A DNA stretch of 64,000 nt from an uncultured Pseudomonadota bacterium (GCA_963836235.1 CAWIIP010000002.1:1472001-1536000); one strand, 5' to 3'; shown: positions 8,747-17,753, counted from the first letter of the stretch. The notes: generated by a model not told the origin, from the sequence alone. Numbers and translations: made by a program.

Positions 8747-9034
8747 ATGGCCATGACGAAAGCCCTAAAAACCAAGGAAGAACGCATTGAACTAAGGGTA
8801 AGACCCCAGGATAAGCGATTGCTGGAAAAGGCGGCTCAGGCCCAGGGTTTGAGCCTGAGTTCCTATCTCGTGACGCGGTCCCTCCATGCGGCCCAGGAAG
8901 ACGCGATCCCGGTTAAAACCTATGTTCCGCCTAAACGGGACGTGGACTTATTCCTGAGGCTTCTAGAAAACCCTCCCGCGCCTAACGAAAAGCTTAAGGC
9001 GGCGGCACGGCGCTACCAAAAAGAAATATCCTGA
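8747..9034 (+). CDS. DUF1778 (TacA-like RHH) antitoxin
   Basis: KEERIELRV....K.LLEKAA...G.SLSSY...F..LLENPP.PNEKL. Confidence 0.92.
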   Translation: MAMTKALKTKEERIELRVRPQDKRLLEKAAQAQGLSLSSYLVTRSLHAAQEDAIPVKTYVPPKRDVDLFLRLLENPPAPNEKLKAAARRYQKEIS

Positions 9035-9043
9035 TTTTCCGTT

Positions 9044-9562
9044 ATGACAGGCCCAAAATGGAAGTTTGTGCCCATCACAGAAAAACCGGACCTCGAATGT
9101 TTTGATTCCGGCATTCCTGAACTCAATGATTATCTGAAAAAATACGCGGGCCAGAACCACCGCAAGGGGTTAGGAAGCACTTATGTCCTCGTTCCGGCCG
9201 AAGGAGAACCGGTTGCGGCTGGTTATCACACCTTGAGCATGGCTCAGGTGGAATTGCATTCGCTGCCGGAATCCCAACGCAAAAACCTCCCGAAGTATCC
9301 GGTCCCCGCGGTCCGATTGGGACGCCTTGCCGTTGACCGCCAATGGCAAGGAACTGGATTGGGGGAGATATTACTGATCGATGCCATCCGCCGGTCTGTT
9401 GCCGCCGTCCAATCGGTGGCCGCGAAGTATATGATCGTCGATGCCAAAAACAAAAAGGCTGAGGAGTTTTACCACCGATACGGGTTTCAACCCTTTGAAG
9501 GCGGTTCGCACTCATTAGTGGCAGCCATTGATACCTTAAAAGTACTTTTTACGAAAGGTTGA
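9044..9562 (+). CDS. GNAT acetyltransferase toxin (TacT/AtaT-like)
   Basis: FDSG...LNDYL, P.YPVPAVRLGRLAVD..QGTGLG, VDAK..A..FY..YGF. Confidence 0.92.
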   Translation: MTGPKWKFVPITEKPDLECFDSGIPELNDYLKKYAGQNHRKGLGSTYVLVPAEGEPVAAGYHTLSMAQVELHSLPESQRKNLPKYPVPAVRLGRLAVDRQWQGTGLGEILLIDAIRRSVAAVQSVAAKYMIVDAKNKKAEEFYHRYGFQPFEGGSHSLVAAIDTLKVLFTKG

Positions 9563-9569
9563 AAAATCC

Positions 9570-9597
9570 TGTCTAAGACGGGAACCGCATTGAATGG
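9570..9597. repeat. Degenerate left-half copy (R6) of the 28-bp repeat
   Basis: TGTCTAAGACGGGAACCG matches TGTCCACGACGGGGACCC at 14/18; lies 7 nt after a stop codon, as R2 and R3 do. Confidence 0.55.
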
Positions 9598-9616
9598 CTT
9601 AAAAAAAGAAGAAAAA

Positions 9617-10099
9617 ATGAAAAGTACTTTTAAATCTAGTTGGCCCCCCCGCATCATTAGCTTCATTTTTTGTGCCTCACTGGCGTTGGGCCTGGGCGGC
9701 TGCGCGGTGGGGCTTTACGATTCTCCGGCGGTGGCTAAAGGGGTGGATGCCCAGGTTTCTTTTCCCGCGTTGAAATCCGAGGAGGTCTACTTTTTTCTTT
9801 CCAAAGAGGCTTTTCCCGCGGATCTTCAATCGACCCCGGTGGGCACCCTTTATACCCCCGAGAACAGCCAATGGACCGATAAGAAACTTGTCGGGGAGTT
9901 TCAAAAGAAAGCCGCTGAAATCGGGGCCAACGCGGTGGTGTTTGAAAGCATTCAAACAGGCAAGCTGCTTTATGGCTTCCTCTATTACACGGGCTACGCC
10001 ACCGCTTACCGGCTTTACAAGGAAAACCCCCTGGAAGACGCCGACTTAAGCAGCACCCAATATGGAACCCAAAACCCCGACCTGCAAAAGGTGAAATAA
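9617..10099 (+). CDS. Lipoprotein with YbjQ-like AAEIGANAV segment
   Basis: LGG-C lipobox; KKAAEIGANAVV...ATAYR. Confidence 0.6.
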   Translation: MKSTFKSSWPPRIISFIFCASLALGLGGCAVGLYDSPAVAKGVDAQVSFPALKSEEVYFFLSKEAFPADLQSTPVGTLYTPENSQWTDKKLVGEFQKKAAEIGANAVVFESIQTGKLLYGFLYYTGYATAYRLYKENPLEDADLSSTQYGTQNPDLQKVK

Positions 10100-10277
10100 G
10101 AGCTTGGCTGGTGGGGTCTATCCATGCCCCTTTCATCCCTTTAAAACAGGCCTTTTTCACTTCTTTAAAATAATTTGGATTTAACCGGCCTTTTCCCGTC
10201 TAAAGGTTGGCGGTTATGACGCTAGTCCTATTTCCATTATCCCCTGGGAGGAGATGATGGTTCTTACGGGGGAAAAT

Positions 10278-11606
10278 ATGGAACGGAAATTCTTTCTCGG
10301 GGTAGTGGTCTCTTGGATGTTGTCGGCCGGACTGGTTTTAACAGGTTGCCCCAGCCACCTCGGGGTTCCTTCCGCGCCCCCGCCTCCCTTGACGGCGACT
10401 TCCACCTTCGCTTCGACCAATAGCCCTTCTTTAACGCCCACGGCAACCGCCCCGGCGCTCACTCTGACGGGGACTCCCACCCAAACCGTAACAAGTACCG
10501 CCACCAACAGTCCGACATTTACCCCCTTGTCTTCCACCGCGACCTTCACCTTTACGCCCAGCTTTACGCTGAGCCCCATCCCAACACTCACCGTCACGAA
10601 TACGCCGACTAGCGGGGCGAACACTTTCACCCCGACTCTCACCTGGAGTCCGACCGGCATCGTCCCCCTCACCTTTACCCTTACCACCACCGCCTGCCCG
10701 ACCCACACCGCCACCTTATCTGTCACACCTACCCCCTCCAATACGGCCACGGTGACTCCTATCGGTTCTTGGTATACCTCCACCCCAACGGGTACTCCCA
10801 CCATCACCGGAACTCCCACTCTCACCGGCACGCCCACCCACACCGGAACCCCGACTAGCACCCTGCCGCCACCGCCCACTTTTACCGGCACGCCGACCCA
10901 GACTCCCAACGCCACGGCGACTTCCTGCCCTCCCGGTTTCGTGATGGGGAACAACAGCGTGGGGCTTTATGAGGATACGGACACCCAAAGGCTGAAACTC
11001 AACCGTTACACCGCGCCTTATAACACGACCCTCTATAGCATCACCGGCGCTTATTACAACGGAGGATTCACGCCGGATTTCACCTTCGCCGTTTACGACG
11101 ATAACGGAAGCGGAACCGCGCCGACCACCTTGTTGAGCCAGGCGGTTTATCCCTCCACCAGCGGCAGTTATGCCTACAGCTATCCTTGGGCCACCTTCAA
11201 CCTGGCGACTCCGGTCACCGTCACGACTAGGAAATATTATTGGCTTGGGTACAGCCTCAACGCGGGTTATTTCTTTTACAGTCCGACCACGTCGGTGACT
11301 TACGCTTATCAATATCCGGCCCCGCCGCAATCCTTGCCCTCCAGTTTTTCGGGAACCGTCAATCCCGTCGGAACTAACTACGTCCTGTCCCTTTACGTCA
11401 ACGGCTGTCCCTTCACCCCCCTGCCCAATACCCCGACTTACACGGCGACGATGACGCCCACTTCCAGCTTCACTTTCACGGTCACGCCGACGCCCACCGA
11501 CAGCCTCACGCCGACTCCCACGCCGATAGGAAGCTGGTTCACCGCCACCCCGACCATGACTCCCACGCCGACAATCACCTTCACTCCCACCGCCACGCCG
11601 ACCTGA
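10278..11606 (+). CDS. Pro/Thr-rich lipoprotein, paralog of 2311..3546 with a different central domain
   Basis: LTG-C lipobox; shared N-terminus; Tyr-rich beta-sandwich-like domain (AVYDDNG...P..LL, YWLG) between TPT tracts. Confidence 0.75.
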   Translation: MERKFFLGVVVSWMLSAGLVLTGCPSHLGVPSAPPPPLTATSTFASTNSPSLTPTATAPALTLTGTPTQTVTSTATNSPTFTPLSSTATFTFTPSFTLSPIPTLTVTNTPTSGANTFTPTLTWSPTGIVPLTFTLTTTACPTHTATLSVTPTPSNTATVTPIGSWYTSTPTGTPTITGTPTLTGTPTHTGTPTSTLPPPPTFTGTPTQTPNATATSCPPGFVMGNNSVGLYEDTDTQRLKLNRYTAPYNTTLYSITGAYYNGGFTPDFTFAVYDDNGSGTAPTTLLSQAVYPSTSGSYAYSYPWATFNLATPVTVTTRKYYWLGYSLNAGYFFYSPTTSVTYAYQYPAPPQSLPSSFSGTVNPVGTNYVLSLYVNGCPFTPLPNTPTYTATMTPTSSFTFTVTPTPTDSLTPTPTPIGSWFTATPTMTPTPTITFTPTATPT

Positions 11607-11811
11607 TAAAATTTAATAGCCCAAGCGAGGCCCTTTGTGTCCATCTCGTTTCGGAGCGGTTTTTAGGCAAACCACATTCCTCCCTCCTCCTTCACGCCTC
11701 CGAAAGGGAAAACCAACTTAAAAAGTGTTTAAATTAAGGCTTGTTAAGGCAATTACCGGGTTGGGACCGTAATATCCCCATTGATATTGAAAAGGTCGTT
11801 ATGATAAAAAA

Positions 11812-12549
11812 ATGACCATGGAAATTGACTACAGCAAGCCCATAGGCCGAATCGCCGTTGAAATCAGCGGGGCGGTATCGCTCTTTGAAAAATACGGGAT
11901 CGATTATTACCGGGAAGCTGAAAAGGAACTTGTAACGGCTTGTTCCATTGCCGGGGCACCCTTGGATCAGGTCGAATCCGAGCTGAAAAAAATCAAGGAA
12001 CCCATACCTGCCCTTTGGTATCAGCAGGAACCCGACTGGTCGCGGGAAACCATGGCCTCCTTGATCCACTACATCGTCCAGGTCCACCACACCAAAGCCC
12101 GTTCGCTTTTGGATGACATCGTGAGGGAGTTAGACCTCTCGCGGGAAACGAAACAAGAGCCCGGGAGATTGCAGGTCCTTCGGAACCTTTTCTTGGAGTT
12201 TGAGGCCGAACTTCGCAATCACCTGTTGGAGGAAGAAGAAACCATATTCCTTTATTTAATCCATACCGAGAGGGCTTTGGAAAAGGGCCAAGCCCCGGGG
12301 AATCTCGCGCCCATGGAAAAGGGCTTTTCCAACTCGATCCGCGAGATTCTTTTCGAACACCGGTTCATGGACAGGGGGTTCGAACAGATTGAGAAGCTCA
12401 TGCACTTGATCAATGACGAAGCCTCGGCGGTATCCTTGAAAAACCTGGTGGAAGCGTTGTCGGCTTTAAAAAAAGACAATGAAAAGCATGTCCACCTGGA
12501 AAACAGAAAACTTTTCGGGCGCAGCGCCCAACTGGGGCTGATGGATTAA
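11812..12549 (+). CDS. RIC/YtfE/ScdA-like di-iron hemerythrin protein, copy 1
   Basis: ScdA_N-like FEKYGID, LI.YI...HH, HL..EE..F, EH, HVHLEN. Confidence 0.8.
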   Translation: MTMEIDYSKPIGRIAVEISGAVSLFEKYGIDYYREAEKELVTACSIAGAPLDQVESELKKIKEPIPALWYQQEPDWSRETMASLIHYIVQVHHTKARSLLDDIVRELDLSRETKQEPGRLQVLRNLFLEFEAELRNHLLEEEETIFLYLIHTERALEKGQAPGNLAPMEKGFSNSIREILFEHRFMDRGFEQIEKLMHLINDEASAVSLKNLVEALSALKKDNEKHVHLENRKLFGRSAQLGLMD

Positions 12550-12653
12550 AAAAGGCCGCTGAATAAGTAGACCCCCTCGGTTCTTCCCTAAAAGAAATTA
12601 AACTCCACCCCACCCAAAAATCATGAATCAAAACGATGTAAATGACACCCCTT

Positions 12654-12669
12654 TATGATCCCCGTCATA
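12654..12669. promoter_or_regulatory. Putative Crp/Fnr-family box
   Basis: TATGA-N6-TCATA palindrome about 60 bp upstream of RIC copy 2. Confidence 0.4.
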
Positions 12670-12730
12670 GGGAGTAGGAAAAAGGGGCGATATCTTTTTT
12701 AAAAGACAGGGAAGGACCCGTTAAACCAAA

Positions 12731-13459
12731 ATGGAAATAGACACTACCAAACCCATCCGCCAAATCGCCGTTGAAGTCAGCGGGGCGGCCACTCTCTTCG
12801 AGAAATTCGGGATCGATTATTACGGCGAGGGAAACCGGGAACTGAAGGTGGCTTGTTCCATGGTCGGCGTGCCTTTGAGCCATGTCGAGACGGAATTGAA
12901 AAAGAGATACACGATTCCCGCCTCCTGGCGCGAGCGGGAACCCGATTGGTCGCGGGAAAACATGGCGTCGCTGATCCATTACATCATTCATGTCCACCAT
13001 GTCAAAACCAGGGCGCTGTTGGACGACATCGGGCGGGAACTGGCCCTTTTGCGAGACAGCCACAAGGAACGCGAAAGATTGGATGTCCTCCGAAATCTTT
13101 TCCAGGAAATCGACGACGAACTGAGGGACCATATGTTGGACGAGGAAAAAGTGATCTTCCCTTACCTCATTTACGCCGAGAGAGCCTTGGAGAAGGGCGA
13201 GGTGATTGGGGACGTTCTTCAGATGAACAAGGGTTTTTCCGACTCGATCCGCGAAATCCTTTTTGAGCACCGTTTCATGGACCGGGGATTTCAAGAGATG
13301 GATAAGCTTATGTACCTGATCAATGACGAAAGCGCGGGAGATTCCCTGAAAGCCCTGGCGAAGGCGGTGGAGGCCCTCATCCAAGACAACGAAAAGCATA
13401 TCCAACTGGAAAACAACAAACTCTTCCGCCGCAGCGCCCAACTGGGGCTGATGGAATAA
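12731..13459 (+). CDS. RIC/YtfE/ScdA-like protein, copy 2 (tandem paralog)
   Basis: Same motifs (HH, HMLDEE, EH, HIQLENN.LF); colinear with copy 1. Confidence 0.82.
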   Translation: MEIDTTKPIRQIAVEVSGAATLFEKFGIDYYGEGNRELKVACSMVGVPLSHVETELKKRYTIPASWREREPDWSRENMASLIHYIIHVHHVKTRALLDDIGRELALLRDSHKERERLDVLRNLFQEIDDELRDHMLDEEKVIFPYLIYAERALEKGEVIGDVLQMNKGFSDSIREILFEHRFMDRGFQEMDKLMYLINDESAGDSLKALAKAVEALIQDNEKHIQLENNKLFRRSAQLGLME

Positions 13460-13476
13460 GCCGCCGGTCCCCGCAA

Positions 13477-14871
13477 TTACTCGTCCCACCCTCCCGTACT
13501 GTTAAAGTGATAAACCAGTTCGTTCGAGGCTTTCTCCAAAAAGTCGATGTCGGCCCGGCTGAAGCCCCGCTTCGCCAGGTACCGCGACAGGAAAGGGAAG
13601 GCGCGCCGGTGAATGATGGTTAAATCCACATCCGAGGGCCGGGTCACCAAGCGGGGCAGGAGATTTTCGAAGATCCGGCGGAAAGTCTGCTTGTAGGTCA
13701 GGCGAATCCAAATCACCGTATCCCGGTAATTCATTTCCTTGATGTCACCCCGCAGTTTTGGCGGATACCTGTAATCCGCGAACATGTCGTCCGAAAGAAT
13801 GTCCTCCAGGCATTGGGCGATCACGAGGGGATCGTTTTTTTGGGGCCCCCAGGGCTTTTTGTTCAAAAGCTCGAAAAGCTTCCAGGGGGATTGTTGCTTC
13901 TTCGGAGTCTTGGCCGGGGCGGCCTTCGGGGGGGTGGCGGGCCGGCAAGCCGCGTTGCGGCCCCGGCCCACCCGGATGATGCGTCCCTCCCTCAGGAGCT
14001 TTTCCTGGAGCCGGTTGACGGCTTTTCGATTCATCCCCAATCCCTTAACTAATTCGCTGGTCTTAATCTCCCCTTTTAGTTCAAGCACGGACATGATTTG
14101 AAGTTCCAAGGCGAAGGTGGTTTCCTTGGGAGGCCGGCCCGGGGCCTTACCCTTCGATAGGGTTGGGGCAGCGGGGATAACCGCCGGGGGGGCGAAAGAG
14201 TTCAGGCTAGGGGGAGGTTGGGGAAGAATTGGCTGTGGTTGGCTGGGGTAGCCGGTTCCAACCGGGGCAAGAAGGTGGTATGGGGTCTCAGGCGTTTGAG
14301 GTTCTGGCGCGGGAGCAGGCTTATCGATCATGATGTCGGACACCCCCGACCATACCTGTTCTTTGGCCGGGGCGGGAGCCGCCGTCGGGGCTAAAACCTT
14401 ACCGCGAAGGAGCGCCACCAAGAGATGCTGAAGCCCCCATAGCGCGGCACAGATGGCCAGGGTTTCGTCCAGGAAGGTGGGCATGGCCTGGATCAAGCCC
14501 TTGGCCCGGTAATAGTGGGCGATTCCCGACAAGACGGCCCATAACAGCAGGGAGGAAGTCCCGGGGCCCACCGTTTGTAGCAAGAAAGGCGGCTTCGTGT
14601 CGGAGTCTGGCCCCAACCACACCTGCATGGCGGTTACCCAAACCACGTAGATGAAATAGGCCAGGAGATAGGCTTGGTAGGTTTGGGTCCAGGACAGGGG
14701 GTTCAGGTAGTCCACCCACCCTTCGGGGGGCTGGTGCTCCCCGTTGAGCTGGGGGTTCCAGAAAAGGGACGAAAGGATATGGCTCCCGTGGAAAAAGGCG
14801 GTAAGCCACAAAAAAGCCTCTAAAAGCAGGGTAATGGGAATGATCACCATAATTACGGGACATTTTACCAA
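13477..14871 (-). CDS. Hypothetical membrane protein with Pro-rich linker and winged-HTH
   Basis: 4-5 N-terminal TM segments, P-rich linker, GRPP, I...L...GEIKTSELV..LG.NR..V.R....L...G.I.RVG.GR. Confidence 0.6.
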   Translation of the reverse strand: MVKCPVIMVIIPITLLLEAFLWLTAFFHGSHILSSLFWNPQLNGEHQPPEGWVDYLNPLSWTQTYQAYLLAYFIYVVWVTAMQVWLGPDSDTKPPFLLQTVGPGTSSLLLWAVLSGIAHYYRAKGLIQAMPTFLDETLAICAALWGLQHLLVALLRGKVLAPTAAPAPAKEQVWSGVSDIMIDKPAPAPEPQTPETPYHLLAPVGTGYPSQPQPILPQPPPSLNSFAPPAVIPAAPTLSKGKAPGRPPKETTFALELQIMSVLELKGEIKTSELVKGLGMNRKAVNRLQEKLLREGRIIRVGRGRNAACRPATPPKAAPAKTPKKQQSPWKLFELLNKKPWGPQKNDPLVIAQCLEDILSDDMFADYRYPPKLRGDIKEMNYRDTVIWIRLTYKQTFRRIFENLLPRLVTRPSDVDLTIIHRRAFPFLSRYLAKRGFSRADIDFLEKASNELVYHFNSTGGWDE

Positions 14872-14903
14872 CCGGATTCGGGCCCTTCCAGGGGGTTGGG
14901 GAA

Positions 14904-14941
14904 GAATTATGTCTCAATTAACCCGAATTATGTCCCAATTA
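14904..14941. repeat. Tandem 17-bp direct repeat with 21-bp period
   Basis: GAATTATGTCTCAATTA / GAATTATGTCCCAATTA upstream of the wHTH gene. Confidence 0.8.
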
Positions 14942-14962
14942 CGAAGAGGGCTTCTTTTGAGC

Positions 14963-15745
14963 TTATCTTCTGGAACAGGTATAAACCTGGGTCTCATAGG
15001 GTATCTCGAACTCGGTCCGGCCCTGGGTTTGGGGGTGGGCGGCCAGGAGGGCCCTTACCTCATCCGCTACCCTTTCCCGGGCGGGGGAGGGTAGGGCGGC
15101 GATGAAGCTGACGGAGGTCGCCCGGTCGACGACCATCCCGGCGTCTCCCTTTTGAAGCTGGGGAAAACCCCGCTTTTCTAGGGGGGTAAAGAGGAGGCTG
15201 GCCTCGAAGGCCCTTTCCCACTCCAAGGTCTTAAAACGGGGGGTAGCCCCCTCGTGGCTATTGATGATCCGGCTCAGTTGGCCTACCCAATCCACCGATT
15301 CGTCCCGGACATTCCAAACCAGCCCCAGCCTCCCCCCGGGCTTCAGGACCCGGTGGATTTCCGCCAGGGCTCGGGGCCCGTCGAACCAATGGAAGGCTTG
15401 GGCCACGACCACTACATCCAAGGACTCGGAGGGAAGGGGAACGGCCTCGGCAGTACCTTCTAGGATTTCGACGCCGGGCAGGAGTGCCGAGAACTTCCGC
15501 CGCATTCCTTCCACCGGCTCCACCGCCGTCAACTTGGCGCCCGTGGGCACCAGCCGCCGGGTGAGCTTGCCGGTCCCCGCCGCCAAATCCAGCACATAGG
15601 AGCCCTGGTTGATATTTAGGTTTCGTATAAGGAACTCAATGGCTTCCGCAGGAAAGTCCGGCCGGCCCCGTTCGTAAGTATCCGCCCCCGCTTGAAAGCC
15701 CTGCGCAGCAGCGGAGTTGATGTTTAATTTCTTTTCGTTCGTCAA
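14963..15745 (-). CDS. Class I SAM-dependent methyltransferase
   Basis: YERGRP, VLDLAAGTGKLT, VEP, GTAE, AQAFHWFD, RVLKPGG. Confidence 0.93.
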   Translation of the reverse strand: MTNEKKLNINSAAAQGFQAGADTYERGRPDFPAEAIEFLIRNLNINQGSYVLDLAAGTGKLTRRLVPTGAKLTAVEPVEGMRRKFSALLPGVEILEGTAEAVPLPSESLDVVVVAQAFHWFDGPRALAEIHRVLKPGGRLGLVWNVRDESVDWVGQLSRIINSHEGATPRFKTLEWERAFEASLLFTPLEKRGFPQLQKGDAGMVVDRATSVSFIAALPSPARERVADEVRALLAAHPQTQGRTEFEIPYETQVYTCSRR

Positions 15746-16566
15746 TCGGTTTGTCCCAAGGGAATTTTAAAATTATTTCCGCAAGCCTCTAGGTACCATT
15801 TCATCGCTTCTTTATGATCACGGATAACCCCGCCAAGCCCATCGTCATAAAGGTACCCGATGTTAATTTCGGCCGGTGCGAATCCTTTCTTGGCGGCTTT
15901 TCGATACCATCTCATCGCCGAATGAAAGTCTTGATCTCCATTTTCAGTGCGTCCAGTACTATATAGTTCACCTATGCTGTTTTCCGCATTGGCATTTCCA
16001 AGATCGGCGGCTTTTCGATACCAAATCATTGCTTGAGTATAATCCCCGGACTTTTCAGCTTTTAATCCCTTGTTCAACTCCACCAACCCGGGAGAAGATT
16101 CCGCGCAAAAGGAAAGACTTTTGAGGACTTCAATGTTTTTTAGCGCTGCTTTGTCCCCCTGAGCAAAGGCTTTTTGAAACCAATTCATGGCTTCCGTGTA
16201 ATCCATCCACACCCCAAGACCTTTTTCATAACAAATACCGATGGCGTTTTCGGCACCAATATTTCCTTTACTAGCGGATTGCCTGTAATACATCATGGCT
16301 TGTTCATAATCTTGATCTTGGGTTGCTCCCAAACCATTAGCATATAAGTCACCTATTTCTTTTTCGGCTTGGTCATTTCCTTGTGCTGCGGCTTTTTGGA
16401 ACGATTGCATAGCGTGGACATAATCCCCGATTTTTGCAGCACTTAAACCAACTTTTAATTCATCGGAACCAGCCGAGGTTTGTGCCAAAAGGAAAGTGGA
16501 ATTCCAAAAAACAATCCCGAATGAAAGTAGAAGAGTTAAATAGCTATGGGCAAAAGAATGTTTCAT
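15742..16566 (-). CDS. Secreted Sel1-repeat (TPR) protein
   Basis: Signal peptide; repeated A...IG.LY..G.G...DY..AM.WY.KAA..G. Confidence 0.9.
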   Translation of the reverse strand: MKHSFAHSYLTLLLSFGIVFWNSTFLLAQTSAGSDELKVGLSAAKIGDYVHAMQSFQKAAAQGNDQAEKEIGDLYANGLGATQDQDYEQAMMYYRQSASKGNIGAENAIGICYEKGLGVWMDYTEAMNWFQKAFAQGDKAALKNIEVLKSLSFCAESSPGLVELNKGLKAEKSGDYTQAMIWYRKAADLGNANAENSIGELYSTGRTENGDQDFHSAMRWYRKAAKKGFAPAEINIGYLYDDGLGGVIRDHKEAMKWYLEACGNNFKIPLGQTD

Positions 16567-16582
16567 GCCTTTCTCCTTAAAG

Positions 16583-16981
16583 TTATTGAGGCTTTTGGGG
16601 AACAATCGGTTTCATCTTACAAACTTTTGAAACCAAAAACCGGTTGCGGTTGAAGACGCGATAGGCCATCCAAAAAAGACTTCTCAAACCTGGAAGGCTG
16701 AAAAAGTAACCGATTGGGCTGGTCCACCAAATATTTCTGAAGATATAAAGATAAGCGTCGGCCCCAGAAATGATGCTGTTGTCCTCAAACAATATTCGAA
16801 TGTCCCGGGTTAATTCCTCATCCGTAAAGCCGGTGCGCTTTTGGACCCACTTCGCTTGCAGGGGTTCAATCTTGAAACCCTTTGAGGCCAGTAAGTCGCC
16901 CCAGAAGGGTATCCACCAACTGCAAAAGCCGCAGGCCCCATCGTAAAGCACCCAGCCTTTGATTTCTTTTGGAGTTTTCAT
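16583..16981 (-). CDS. DCC1-like thiol-disulfide oxidoreductase (DUF393)
   Basis: VLYDGACGFC motif; Y....RNR. Confidence 0.88.
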   Translation of the reverse strand: MKTPKEIKGWVLYDGACGFCSWWIPFWGDLLASKGFKIEPLQAKWVQKRTGFTDEELTRDIRILFEDNSIISGADAYLYIFRNIWWTSPIGYFFSLPGLRSLFWMAYRVFNRNRFLVSKVCKMKPIVPQKPQ

Positions 16982-16985
16982 TCGG

Positions 16986-17753
16986 CTAGACCTTTCGACC
17001 GGGATAGATATTTACGTGAGAACCTTCCGCCACAAAAGCGGAATGGGGTTTACGGCTTAAGGCTGCCGAAAACCGGTCGCCGTAAAAAGAACGGACCGCT
17101 TTATCTACCGTCATCTTGAGGTGGCTCCAATATCTCCAGGGTTCATGTTGTACCCGATACTCTTTGACGGAGCCATTCTTTTGCCGGGTATAACCCCAAT
17201 AATGCTCCAAAATAAATTCTTCGATCGACTTTTTTCGGAGAGGTTGCGGATTTCCGGTTGTTTTGGCCGTGAACCCGACCCACTTTTCCCCTATTTTCCA
17301 CTCATAGGTACACTCGTACCTATTCTTCGGGTTTGATACATCTTTCTGAAGTATCAGGTGCCCCATGGGATAAGCCACATAGGGTTCGTTGTATAAAACC
17401 CGTGCGCCCCAAGCAATGGGGGCGAACGGAACAATCTCACGGATAAAACAAACCGCCCGGCGAATTTCATTACCCACTTTTTTACGGACATAAAACCTAA
17501 GATTAATCTCTTCAAAATTTTGAAAAGGAAACATCGGAATAACGCCGAAAAGTTTTGTGTTTTGAAACAAAAATCCGACCAAGCTGATGAAGGTTTTCTT
17601 TTGGTAAGAGTCTAATTCGGTTCCAGGAGGCACCAAGGGCTTCAACAGGGCGGGATTAATTTGATAGTTGATGACGATTAAATATCGCCAATAGGAACTG
17701 AGCAATGGGAGGGATGGCCGGGTGGGACCGCTAATATCTTTATTCGCTTGCAA
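16986..17753 (-). CDS. DUF2071 (YqjF-like) protein
   Basis: W..L...NY..P..L.PLVP.GTELD, FEEINLRFYV, FI.EHYWGY, YRV.H.PW. Confidence 0.88.
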   Translation of the reverse strand: MQANKDISGPTRPSLPLLSSYWRYLIVINYQINPALLKPLVPPGTELDSYQKKTFISLVGFLFQNTKLFGVIPMFPFQNFEEINLRFYVRKKVGNEIRRAVCFIREIVPFAPIAWGARVLYNEPYVAYPMGHLILQKDVSNPKNRYECTYEWKIGEKWVGFTAKTTGNPQPLRKKSIEEFILEHYWGYTRQKNGSVKEYRVQHEPWRYWSHLKMTVDKAVRSFYGDRFSAALSRKPHSAFVAEGSHVNIYPGRKV

